Source: a virus
Lineage: Duplodnaviria; Caudoviricetes
IMG/VR virus record: IMGVR_UViG_3300025913_000019
Length of the DNA: 64,000 nt
Reading direction: 5' to 3' (one strand)
Positions 28,940 to 37,382 of the stretch are shown here, piece after piece. Positions within the stretch are counted from its first letter, which is position 1. Every line of letters begins with the position of its first letter. Below the pieces are notes generated by a model that was not told the origin of the DNA, did no database searches, and worked only from the letters and a program-made list of their open reading frames with translations. Position numbers and translations under genes: made by a program.

Positions 28940-29199
28940 ACGAACCCAAGCGAGGGCCGAACTGGCCCTTCCCTCAGTCCACGGCTCCGGCCCTCAGTGA
29001 CGTTGTCGACTTGATCCCGATCCCCGAGGGCGAGGTCGTGAAGGTCAAGGTCACGGGCGACTGGAGACCGCTGGACCCCGAGCAGGACGAAGCCCGGCTC
29101 GAAGAACGCCAGGACCCGGACATCAAGGCGATGAAGAACCAAGGTCTCGGTGCATTCCCGACCACGACCTTCACCCACGTACCGAAGGAGAAGAAGTGA
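28936..29199 (+). CDS. Hypothetical protein
   Basis: ATGA overlap. Confidence 0.6.
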   Translation: MNEPKRGPNWPFPQSTAPALSDVVDLIPIPEGEVVKVKVTGDWRPLDPEQDEARLEERQDPDIKAMKNQGLGAFPTTTFTHVPKEKK

Positions 29200-29477
29200 C
29201 GACACCGATGCTCCATGCCATCGTCACGATGAGCAAGGTCGATCGCGTCCTGCTCGATGGCAAGCCCACCCGCGGCTACATCCACGGAGCCAACCTGTGG
29301 CGAGTGCGAAATGAGCCATTCGATCAGGCCCGTCCCGAACGTGGCTTCTACGCGTTCCGAGACCAGCCGGTTGTCCTCGACGCGACGGGTACGACTACGC
29401 TCGACGACACCAACGGCAAGCAGCACACGGCAACCTTCTTGAAGATGAAACCCGCAACTACCGAGGACCTCCAATGA
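29196..29477 (+). CDS. Hypothetical protein
   Basis: GTGA overlap, SD. Confidence 0.6.
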   Translation: MTTPMLHAIVTMSKVDRVLLDGKPTRGYIHGANLWRVRNEPFDQARPERGFYAFRDQPVVLDATGTTTLDDTNGKQHTATFLKMKPATTEDLQ

Positions 29478-30013
29478 GCAACGGCGACCCCGCAACCAAT
29501 CCGATGCACGAGGCACACCCGCAGGTGTTCCTGCGCCTCAACAAGCAGGCACTCGATGCCCTGTTCCCCGAGGACTCGCAAGCACGCATCGACCTCCAGA
29601 ACTCGGTCATCAAGCACCTGATCGAGAAGCTGGAGGGCAAGCACCTGCACGAGACGCTGGCGCAGCACGTGGCCAAGCTGGAAGACTACGCACGCACGCA
29701 GGCCGGTCAGTTCGAGACGCAGATCGAGCAGCACGCGAACGCGGCCATCAAGGCCTACTTCCCCGCCGGCGATGCGGTCTGGAACTACTCGCAGCGCAAG
29801 CTCGGCGCGGAAACGATCAAGCGCATCCAGGATCTCGTGGCACTCAACATCAACTCGACCATCCAGCAGGAGCTGATGAAGCTGATGCCGAGCGAGGTCA
29901 TCCAGGCTGCGATCACGACGAAGCTGGCCGAGATCGTCGGCTCCGATGTCACGACGGTGAAGCACAAGATGCGGCTGCTCATCAAGGAAGTGATGAAGGA
30001 GTCGCTGGGATGA
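29474..30013 (+). CDS. Hypothetical helical protein
   Basis: ATGA overlap. Confidence 0.7.
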   Translation: MSNGDPATNPMHEAHPQVFLRLNKQALDALFPEDSQARIDLQNSVIKHLIEKLEGKHLHETLAQHVAKLEDYARTQAGQFETQIEQHANAAIKAYFPAGDAVWNYSQRKLGAETIKRIQDLVALNINSTIQQELMKLMPSEVIQAAITTKLAEIVGSDVTTVKHKMRLLIKEVMKESLG

Positions 30014-30303
30014 GCGACAACACCGTGACCCCTGAGCGCCTGGTCTCGTACCTGCGCACGCGCCGACACGATGCGGCCAACGTCTGCATCGTCATCGAGG
30101 ACGGGACGGATCGCCGCACATGGCTCGACAAGATCATCAAGCTGCTCGACGCCGAAGAAGGCTTCAAGCTCTGGTACTCCCTCAGTGAGGCCAAGCTGGC
30201 CGTGCAGTGGACGGCCGTGAGCCCGGAGCAGAAGGTGCGCGTCTTCAGTTCGTACCGGAAGGCGTGCGAGGCAGCTTTCGACACGGTCGCTCTCGGCGGC
30301 TGA
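30010..30303 (+). CDS. Hypothetical protein
   Basis: ATGA overlap. Confidence 0.65.
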   Translation: MSDNTVTPERLVSYLRTRRHDAANVCIVIEDGTDRRTWLDKIIKLLDAEEGFKLWYSLSEAKLAVQWTAVSPEQKVRVFSSYRKACEAAFDTVALGG

Positions 30304-30340
30304 CCACAACCACAGAGCAACAGAGCACTAGGAGAGAATC

Positions 30341-30886
30341 ATGAGTGAGAAGAAACAGTGGGAACTCGTCTACGACGAGAACGGCGAGAACCCCGTGGTC
30401 GCGAAGGTCGAAGCGTACCGCGCGCTGATGATGCTGGCCGACTTCGACTACACGTCGGAACATCGGCTGGTCAACGGGTACTGCAGTAATCGCGGCACCG
30501 GCAATCCGCAGTACAGCCAGCCGTGGATGATGTTCATGACCGAGTGGGGTCCGATCGTCATCGGCTGGCGCAAGCGCGTCATCAACATCGAGTGGCGCGA
30601 TTCCAAGTTCCCCGACCTGCTGATCGAACCGCCGGACCTCTGGATCACGCACGGCCCCGGCTACATCCACTGCTACGGCTACGAGCAGGCGATCCGCGCA
30701 CTCGAGCGTCTCAAGTTCATGTTCGGCCGCAAGTCCTACCTGGCGGCGTTGCCCGAAGGTGCACGACAGGCTGACATCGACCGTCTGGCGAAGGCAGAAG
30801 CCGAGGAACGGATCGGCAAGGCCGAGTCGCGACTCGAAGCCGCGCAGCGTCACCTCCTCGCTGTCAAAGTCGGAAAGGAGAACTGA
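30341..30886 (+). CDS. Hypothetical protein
   Basis: SD AGGAG. Confidence 0.7.
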   Translation: MSEKKQWELVYDENGENPVVAKVEAYRALMMLADFDYTSEHRLVNGYCSNRGTGNPQYSQPWMMFMTEWGPIVIGWRKRVINIEWRDSKFPDLLIEPPDLWITHGPGYIHCYGYEQAIRALERLKFMFGRKSYLAALPEGARQADIDRLAKAEAEERIGKAESRLEAAQRHLLAVKVGKEN

Positions 30887-30887
30887 C

Positions 30888-31223
30888 ATGGCGATGACCT
30901 ACTGGCCCACGCGCGAAGAAGACAAGCCGCGGCTCGACATCCTGCAACTCGAGATCCTGATCTTCTACTTCCGCAACCAGGACGACCGGTACTCCGACGT
31001 GCGAGCCGACGGCACCATGAGCGGTCACGCGAAGGAGGCTCACTTCAAGCTCATCGAGTGGGCCATGATCCAGACCTCCGACTCGTCGACGCCCGACTAC
31101 GGCAACGACTCATGTCGCTTCGACATCACCGACCGCGGCTCCGAGCACATCAAGCGCCTGCTCAAGACCGCACTGCCCGTCGGTCGTGTCGTCTACACGC
31201 TGCCGGAGGACGATCCCAAGTGA
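30888..31223 (+). CDS. Small winged-helix-like protein
   Basis: FDITDRGSEHIKRLL wing/helix pattern. Confidence 0.55.
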   Translation: MAMTYWPTREEDKPRLDILQLEILIFYFRNQDDRYSDVRADGTMSGHAKEAHFKLIEWAMIQTSDSSTPDYGNDSCRFDITDRGSEHIKRLLKTALPVGRVVYTLPEDDPK

Positions 31224-31432
31224 ACTGGCGCGCTCAACGCGACGAGATGGAGGCTCGCAGCCAGCGTTGGTCCGAACGGACTGCGCTGGCAGAGCTCTCC
31301 CTGACCCACACCATCGACAAGGGCCTGATTCGTGCGAAGGGTAAAGAGGGGCTGACGGCCCATCAAGCCGACGCTCTGCAGTACCTGATCGATGACCACG
31401 ATTACCGAAAGGATGACGATGCCGACGAATGA
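31220..31432 (+). CDS. Small hypothetical protein
   Basis: GTGA overlap. Confidence 0.5.
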   Translation: MNWRAQRDEMEARSQRWSERTALAELSLTHTIDKGLIRAKGKEGLTAHQADALQYLIDDHDYRKDDDADE

Positions 31433-31682
31433 CCGCGAGCCCGTGCTCACGGACCTGGACCTCGCGCTCCTGGTTTTCCACGGACAGCTCGCACAGAACC
31501 CGACACCCGACGAGGTGGCCGAGAGTCGAGAGCGGCTCATCTTCCTCGGTCTTCTGCACGAGCCGAGCGAAGATGAAAGCGAGGATGCGACGCCGCTGAC
31601 CGAACGCGGCGAGATCCATCTCGAGTATCTGCTGACCACGGGCTTGCCGCAACGCCGCCGCGTTTGGGTGCACGACGACTAA
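31419..31682 (+). CDS. Small winged-helix-like protein (paralog of 30888)
   Basis: PLTERGEIHLEYLLTTGLP. Confidence 0.55.
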   Translation: MPTNDREPVLTDLDLALLVFHGQLAQNPTPDEVAESRERLIFLGLLHEPSEDESEDATPLTERGEIHLEYLLTTGLPQRRRVWVHDD

Positions 31683-31924
31683 TGCAGTTCCTCATCGCAT
31701 TCCTTGTCTCACTCGCAACCGTGGGCCTCAAGATCACGCAGCAGCAGAACGTCAACCACGGTCGCAAGCAATGGGCCGTGGTTTGCTCGTTTTCGATGGC
31801 CGCGCTTGACGTCTGTGTCATCGGCCTCATCGTCAAGAACAGCTACTGGATCTGGCTGCCCGTTGGTGCGGGCGGCGCTCTCGGCTGCGTTCTCTCCATG
31901 CACTTCTACCCCAAGAGGAAATGA
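31682..31924 (+). CDS. Small three-TM protein
   Basis: Hydrophobic; GGALG helix. Confidence 0.6.
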   Translation: MQFLIAFLVSLATVGLKITQQQNVNHGRKQWAVVCSFSMAALDVCVIGLIVKNSYWIWLPVGAGGALGCVLSMHFYPKRK

Positions 31925-32265
31925 TGGGACATCTGACATTCAAGCCCGTAGGTCTCAGCGATGACGACCTGCGCGATCTCCGCTTTCTGCTCTCGCGCGG
32001 CGTCGAGCTCTACTACAAGGACACGCACCAGGCCACTGGCGGCTTCCGCACTGCATCCTGTGCTGCCAGCTACCGCGTGCAAGGCCTCATCGACAACATC
32101 GGCAACCCGCAGTTCGCGATGGTGCCGACGAACATGATGGCCACGAGCCTGCCGCCGACCATGTTCGCGGCCAACAGCATCCACGTCAATGACTTCTTCG
32201 TCCTCGAGCGTCACTCGATTGGCTCCGCCATCGATCGCTTCCTCGACGCACCGCCGGCGCTCTGA
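31921..32265 (+). CDS. Hypothetical protein
   Basis: SD GAGGA. Confidence 0.65.
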   Translation: MMGHLTFKPVGLSDDDLRDLRFLLSRGVELYYKDTHQATGGFRTASCAASYRVQGLIDNIGNPQFAMVPTNMMATSLPPTMFAANSIHVNDFFVLERHSIGSAIDRFLDAPPAL

Positions 32266-32266
32266 C

Positions 32267-33064
32267 ATGGACAATCTCCAACCCGACGATGAAGACGAGG
32301 GCATCGTCTACTTCCCGCCGAGCCGCGAGTCGATCCAGGCTGCCATCGACTACGCGAACCGTATGGACGCCTACGTGCGTTCTGTCTACGGGTCCGGCAT
32401 CATGTACACGTACCACGATCCGCTCGACGTTCGCGACTTCGCACAGTTCTTCCGGCGCACGAAGGCCGAGGTCGAAGGCGCTCGGCCGCTGCCCTCCAAT
32501 GTGGACAAGCTCTACACGGAGCGATTGACGGTGCCCGATGTACGTCACCCGGACATTCGTCCGGTCGAAGGCATTCCCTTCTACGACCAGAAGCCGCAGA
32601 GCGCAGAGCTGCAGCGCGTGACCAAGCCCTGGGCCAACTACCCGGTGCAGGGCTTCATCGCTGACATCAGCGCGAAGATCGGCAAGGCCTTCGCGGTCGA
32701 CCGCGAGCTCCTGGGCCAGATTGGGCGCGAGAGCACAGCCGACGCAATGACGATGACGTTCAAGGCCGCCGAGTCCTACTTCGACAAGATCAGGGACAAG
32801 ATCCCGATGCCGACGATGGAAGGCTGGACCATCGAGTCCTGGTTCATCGTCTACATACGGCGTCGGCCGTGCGTCTTCACCTGTGGGTTCAGCCCCAATG
32901 GAACGTACCACGAGATAGGGCCGAAGCCCTTCAAGCACGGACGTGCAGCACGCAAGTGGGCACGCCGGCAAGTCGGGCAGCTCATCATCGAGATGGTGCT
33001 GAAGCCTCCCGTCCCGCTCAACTGGACCAGCATCGAGATCATCACCGAGGGTCAACATGATTGA
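32267..33064 (+). CDS. Hypothetical protein
   Basis: TGACATG junction. Confidence 0.7.
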   Translation: MDNLQPDDEDEGIVYFPPSRESIQAAIDYANRMDAYVRSVYGSGIMYTYHDPLDVRDFAQFFRRTKAEVEGARPLPSNVDKLYTERLTVPDVRHPDIRPVEGIPFYDQKPQSAELQRVTKPWANYPVQGFIADISAKIGKAFAVDRELLGQIGRESTADAMTMTFKAAESYFDKIRDKIPMPTMEGWTIESWFIVYIRRRPCVFTCGFSPNGTYHEIGPKPFKHGRAARKWARRQVGQLIIEMVLKPPVPLNWTSIEIITEGQHD

Positions 33065-33644
33065 AGAAACCGCGATCCGTTCCATGCTCATGGAGCTGGA
33101 TGTCCCGCCTCACAAGCTGGACGTGTCGAAGCCCGACACCACCAAGTGGCTGCTCGACAACCTGCGAGTCCGCAACGTCGGCCACGTGGCCTACGCGCCG
33201 ATCATGGAGAACCTGATCCTCCTGTGCGAGCGCAAGAACTGGCTGAAGCACACGCGGCTCAAGTCCTATCGTGAGCACGTGGCGGAGGTGAAGAACAACG
33301 ACGCCTACCAGGCCTTGAAGGCCATGGTGAAGACGCCGGGGCCGTCCACCGGCCGCATGGACTCGGGCCGGACTCCTCCCTACCACAGCATCCCGGCTGG
33401 CCTGACGATCAAGCGTGCGCGGGAAGAGGCAGACAAGATGCTTCTGATCCCAAGGCAAGAGCCGAAGCCGGGTGCCAGGCTCATCATCACGATGCCCAAG
33501 GCCCGGCCTCCGGGCACCGGCATGGCCGTGATGGATGCACCTTACGGCCTTGGCAAGAGCAATGGCCCGCGTCGGCAGCGCGGTCGCATCAACGAAGAGG
33601 CCACTGCGGTTCGACTCGAAGAGGAGCTGAACCGCAAGACCTAA
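33057..33644 (+). CDS. Hypothetical basic protein
   Basis: SD GAGG. Confidence 0.65.
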   Translation: MIEETAIRSMLMELDVPPHKLDVSKPDTTKWLLDNLRVRNVGHVAYAPIMENLILLCERKNWLKHTRLKSYREHVAEVKNNDAYQALKAMVKTPGPSTGRMDSGRTPPYHSIPAGLTIKRAREEADKMLLIPRQEPKPGARLIITMPKARPPGTGMAVMDAPYGLGKSNGPRRQRGRINEEATAVRLEEELNRKT

Positions 33645-33675
33645 TTTCATTTCCTTCCAGTGAGAGGAGCGGATC

Positions 33676-34431
33676 ATGATGATTGCACTTGCGATCGCAG
33701 CAGCAACCCACGCGGCACCCGATGCGTGCTCGTGGGCTCAGCCTGGCCGCGATCCTTACCGAACCCGTGGTGAGCTGACGCGCGCCCTGGCCGACATGAA
33801 CATCGATTCGGCCGACAAGGCGCTCATCAAGGACAAGATGGAGCGCGTCGCGTACACCGAGATCGTGTCCATCGGTCGCGACCAGATCGACGGCTACGCG
33901 AACCTGCGCGACATGCACAGCGGTCACAGCACGTGCCATGGCCCTGTCAAGCGCGAGAGCTGGGACGCGAACCACGTCGAGCTCGCGCTCGTCTACTGCG
34001 GCAACGGTCCGACCTGCGTCGCCGTCCCCATCGTCTGCGACAACGTATCGCTGATCGACCGCGTGCCTCACGAGCAGGAGCCGGTGGCCGAGCTGGAGTT
34101 CGCACCGCCGGCTGCGGGCACACCCGTGACTGATCCCGCACCCGCGCCGGTCGAAGATCGCTCGTTCGCATTCGTGCCGGACGTGCCGACTGGCGGCTCC
34201 TACGGTGGAGGCGGCTTCGGCGGCGGTGACTATGGAGGTGGTGGAGGCGGCGGTCCCGTCTGGCCTCCGCACCCGCCCGCATCCGGTCCGGACTGTGGCT
34301 GCAAGCCGCCGCCTCCCGTGTGCCCGCCTCCGCCGCCCCCGATCAGCTCGGTGCCGGAGCCGGCTTCGCTCTGGCTCGCGGTTGCGGGTCTGCTGGTCCT
34401 GCGTTTCGTCAGGAAGATGAAGAAGAACTAG
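33676..34431 (+). CDS. MHFG-family-like PEP-CTERM surface protein
   Basis: Signal peptide; CSWAQPGRDPY..RDMHSG..C..W..ALVYC..C.AVPIVCDNVS; G/P linker; VPEPASLWLAVAGLLVLRFVRKMKKN. Confidence 0.88.
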   Translation: MMIALAIAAATHAAPDACSWAQPGRDPYRTRGELTRALADMNIDSADKALIKDKMERVAYTEIVSIGRDQIDGYANLRDMHSGHSTCHGPVKRESWDANHVELALVYCGNGPTCVAVPIVCDNVSLIDRVPHEQEPVAELEFAPPAAGTPVTDPAPAPVEDRSFAFVPDVPTGGSYGGGGFGGGDYGGGGGGGPVWPPHPPASGPDCGCKPPPPVCPPPPPPISSVPEPASLWLAVAGLLVLRFVRKMKKN

Positions 34432-34465
34432 AGGGTTGTGTCGTCCGATCAACTGGGAGATTCCT

Positions 34466-34657
34466 ATGGCATCCGACATTTGGCAACCGGTCAAGCGAGT
34501 TCCGACCCGTCGTGAAGAAGAGGCAAAGGCCGCCGAGCGCAAGGCGCAAGCTGCTCAGCCTCATCCCGTGCCCGGCAAGCCCGGGTTCTTCATCGACGGC
34601 CAGGGCCGCATGAGCTACAACCCCGATCTCGACAAGAACAAGCAAGCGTACAAGTGA
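34466..34657 (+). CDS. Small hypothetical protein
   Basis: SD GGGAG. Confidence 0.6.
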   Translation: MASDIWQPVKRVPTRREEEAKAAERKAQAAQPHPVPGKPGFFIDGQGRMSYNPDLDKNKQAYK

Positions 34658-34683
34658 GGAGGGACTCAACCAAGGAGTCTCAA

Positions 34684-34881
34684 ATGGCACTCAGCTCTCT
34701 GCTCGTCGTGATCCTCGTTCTCATCGTCATCGGCTTTCTGCTGTGGCTGGTGCAGACGAAGATCCCGATGGACCCGACGATCAAGACCATCATCTATTTC
34801 GTGGTGGTGCTCGCGGTCGTTCTCTGGCTGCTGAACGTGTTCGGCGTCCTCCACGCACTGACCGGCGTCCGCGTCGGATGA
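34684..34881 (+). CDS. Thivi_2564-like two-TM membrane protein
   Basis: LLVVILVLIVIGFLLWLVQTKIPMDPTIKTIIYFVVVLAVVLWLLNVFG. Confidence 0.7.
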   Translation: MALSSLLVVILVLIVIGFLLWLVQTKIPMDPTIKTIIYFVVVLAVVLWLLNVFGVLHALTGVRVG

Positions 34882-34888
34882 TCCACAG

Positions 34889-34897
34889 ACTGTAAAG
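34889..34897 (+). promoter_or_regulatory. Candidate phage promoter motif ACTGTAAAG
   Basis: Intergenic. Confidence 0.6.
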
Positions 34898-34941
34898 ACA
34901 AGGAGGTGACACATGTTATAGTCCAACAACGGAGCTATACC

Positions 34942-35127
34942 ATGAGTCGTTCGTACTACCACCGTCGCCATCGTCAATACTGGCGCACTCCGCATTACTG
35001 GATCACGCTGAACAACACCAAGCCCTGGCGTCAGGCGACTCGTCGCTTCTGTCAGGACCTGGTCAAGGGTCGTCGTGAGCTGGATGATGTGGAGCCGGTG
35101 GTTCAGCCCCTGCCCTACTGGGACTGA
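34942..35127 (+). CDS. Small basic/aromatic protein
   Basis: SD GGAG. Confidence 0.55.
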   Translation: MSRSYYHRRHRQYWRTPHYWITLNNTKPWRQATRRFCQDLVKGRRELDDVEPVVQPLPYWD

Positions 35128-35129
35128 GA

Positions 35130-35138
35130 ACTGTAAAG
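35130..35138 (+). promoter_or_regulatory. Candidate phage promoter motif ACTGTAAAG
   Basis: Intergenic, heads the RNA island. Confidence 0.6.
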
Positions 35139-35291
35139 AAGGAGTACAAGGGCTTCGGCCCCCGTCAACAGGATAGCACCTGGCGAAACGGATGATGAAC
35201 ACGGCAAGCTGAACGTGCGAGTTGAGAAACGCACGGGCAGTTTTCGGGTAGCCACTCCCGATTCTTCATCAACGCCGTTAGGAGCTACACC

Positions 35292-35696
35292 ATGATCGCA
35301 TCGCAACAACCCCTGAACCTGACCGTCAACGTCTCCGGCTTCGTGCCGGTGGATGTGACCCTGCAACCGCTGCCGAGCCCCGCGACCAGTTCCGTGGCTG
35401 CGCCGGCGGTCATCAAGGAAGACGTGGTCCGTCGTGTCAACCTGCGGGACTTCATGTTCAAGCAGGTGGGCAAGTTCGTGACCATCGACTTCGTCAAGAA
35501 CGACGGCACCGACCGTATGCTGAACGGTCGCCTTGGAGTGCGGAAGCACCTGAAGGGCGGCGACAGCACGTTGGCCGATGCCGACAAGCCGTACTTGGTG
35601 GTCTATGACATGAAGGCGAAGGGTTACCGGGCAGTCAACCTGGAGACCGTGAAGGAAGTGCGTGCTCAACGGACGCGCTACACCGTGATCGGCTGA
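35292..35696 (+). CDS. SH3-barrel/WYL-like protein
   Basis: FVTIDFVKNDGTDRMLNGRLG..LVVYDMKAKGYRAVNLETV. Confidence 0.65.
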   Translation: MIASQQPLNLTVNVSGFVPVDVTLQPLPSPATSSVAAPAVIKEDVVRRVNLRDFMFKQVGKFVTIDFVKNDGTDRMLNGRLGVRKHLKGGDSTLADADKPYLVVYDMKAKGYRAVNLETVKEVRAQRTRYTVIG

Positions 35697-35784
35697 TGGA
35701 ATTCCTGTAGGTGAGTAAGCCTGGACCCTCCCTAGCTTATTCGCGCGCACAGGCGGTGGGACTATTGCGAAGGTCCCAACCCCT

Positions 35785-35860
35785 GCTGTCTTAGCTCAGT
35801 TGGTAGAGCATCTGCCTTGTAAGCAGGAGGTCAAGGGTTCGAGTCCTTTAGGCAGCACCA
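35785..35860 (+). tRNA. tRNA-Thr(UGU)
   Basis: 76-nt canonical cloverleaf, loop CTTGTAA, GGTTCGAGTCC, encoded ACCA. Confidence 0.96.
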
Positions 35861-35879
35861 AACAACAAGAGGAGCCACT

Positions 35880-36308
35880 ATGTGGACGTGGAAGAGTGAA
35901 CTGAAGCGCTTCGGCGCAATCGTCGTGGTCGCAGCCGTCGGCATTGTCCTGATGGCCTCGACCACGAAGGCCAAGGCCACCGGCTACATGTACGGCGTGC
36001 CTCCGGGCGTCAAGGTCGACCACGATGTGAGCGGCGCCTTCGACGACACGGTCACGTTCGTGAGCCCGGCAACGGGCATCTACAACGTGACGTTCGAGGC
36101 CACGGACCTCCGTCCCATCAAGGTCGCAACCAAGTTCAAGATGGTGCAGCTGTCGACGACCCTCAAGGACGGCCGGCAGTTCTACAACATCACGCACAAC
36201 CCGGATGCCGCGATCTACGCAGAGCGCGGGCAGGTGTGGACCATCCGCTTCATCGGCACCTCGGCGGAACGCGGCGGCTCCTATTCGCTGCTGATCGATC
36301 CGCAGTAA
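35880..36308 (+). CDS. Secreted beta-sandwich-like protein with FxDx(F/V)-type motif
   Basis: Signal/TM N-terminus; VSGAFDDTVTF; no PEP-CTERM tail. Confidence 0.6.
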   Translation: MWTWKSELKRFGAIVVVAAVGIVLMASTTKAKATGYMYGVPPGVKVDHDVSGAFDDTVTFVSPATGIYNVTFEATDLRPIKVATKFKMVQLSTTLKDGRQFYNITHNPDAAIYAERGQVWTIRFIGTSAERGGSYSLLIDPQ

Positions 36309-36339
36309 GACAAAGGCTGTGCCCGCTGCAGTCCTGGAG

Positions 36340-36519
36340 TCCTAGGCTCCAAAACCCTTCGGGGTAATAGCGGGAGACCGGGAGGCATGCCTCCCGGCAC
36401 CTATTCCGGGGGTGTCCAATGGGGGCCGCTAGTAGGGCGGGGCAAGGTACGAGACGCTGACGCGTTGCTTCCGAGCCCTGTGGCCAAACGCGCCAGGTTC
36501 GAATCCTGGAACCCGACCA
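36340..36519 (+). ncRNA. Structured RNA ending in T-arm plus ACCA (tRNA-like 3' end, no canonical cloverleaf)
   Basis: CCAGG-TTCGAAT-CCTGG-AACCCG-A-CCA; upstream hairpins. Confidence 0.5.
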
Positions 36520-36523
36520 ACCC

Positions 36524-36654
36524 GAGTGCAGAGCTACGGGCCGAGGACCATGGGCCGTAATGGCGGTCACCGAGAACAAGCGGGAAGAAGTTGGTCACCT
36601 GACGGAGACCAGACCGGCGATGCTTGCGCGGCCTCGGTTCGTAGCTCTGCACTC
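36524..36654 (+). ncRNA. Unknown RNA closed by a 23-bp stem
   Basis: 36524-36546 pairs with 36632-36654 (21 WC + 2 GU). Confidence 0.6.
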
Positions 36655-36686
36655 TTGTCCCCCAACCACAAACGAAGGTTCACCAC

Positions 36687-37067
36687 ATGAAGATCAAGCC
36701 CCGCAACGAGCACGTCGTCGTTCGCCGCATCCCCAGCCGTGAGAAGAGCAGCGGCATCATCATCCCGGGCCAGGAAACCGAGCGCGATCTCTTCGCCGTC
36801 ACCGCGGTGGGCCCCGGCGGCTTCACACCGGCCGGCACGCGTGCACCCATCGAGCTCGACGTCGGTCAGCCGATCGTTCCCGGCATGCTCGTCTTCGTCC
36901 GCCCCGGCGACTACGAGATGTTCGACTCGGACCCGAACAGCCCGGGCGACGAAAGCCTGCGCATGGTGATCCCGCAGTCGGCCATCATCGGCGTCGAGGT
37001 CGACGACAACGACCAGCCGCTGATGTTCGCCGAGCCCGCGCAGTCGATGATCGCGACCCTCAACTGA
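36687..37067 (+). CDS. groES: GroES-like co-chaperonin
   Basis: MKIKPRNEHVVVRR..SSGIIIPG..AVTAVGPG. Confidence 0.85.
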   Translation: MKIKPRNEHVVVRRIPSREKSSGIIIPGQETERDLFAVTAVGPGGFTPAGTRAPIELDVGQPIVPGMLVFVRPGDYEMFDSDPNSPGDESLRMVIPQSAIIGVEVDDNDQPLMFAEPAQSMIATLN

Positions 37068-37080
37068 CCAAGGAGCTGCC

Positions 37081-37380
37081 ATGAGCACAACCTGGAAGGA
37101 CGCGCTGGCGGACAAGCCGAGCGTCATCGATTTCGTGCAATCCATCGTCGACCAAGTTCCGACCACGGGCGGCGCCCAGGACGCATTCGAGATGGCGCTC
37201 AACGGCCTGGCGACCTTCGTGCCCGAAGAGATCCAGATCAAGGCCGACAAGTTCGACGCGCTGGTCGACGAAGGCGTCGACGAGTGGGCCGGCTACGAGT
37301 CCGCCATGGCCGAGTTCGAGGACGAGGACGGCGATGACGACTCAGATTCGGACGACGGCGACGAAGACGACGAGGACTGA
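37081..37380 (+). CDS. Small acidic protein
   Basis: SD AAGGAG; D/E tail. Confidence 0.7.
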   Translation: MSTTWKDALADKPSVIDFVQSIVDQVPTTGGAQDAFEMALNGLATFVPEEIQIKADKFDALVDEGVDEWAGYESAMAEFEDEDGDDDSDSDDGDEDDED

Positions 37381-37382
37381 CC

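Noticed and set aside
35160-35235. GAAAC..GATGA..CTGA..GAAA as a hammerhead ribozyme
   Set aside because: CUGANGA core not present and stems do not close a three-way junction
36524-36654. SRP 4.5S RNA identity for the long hairpin
   Set aside because: Helix-8 CAGG..GNRA..AGCAG consensus absent
36560-36742. 60-aa ORF inside the long-stem RNA
   Set aside because: No SD, atypical codons, overlaps both the stem and groES out of frame
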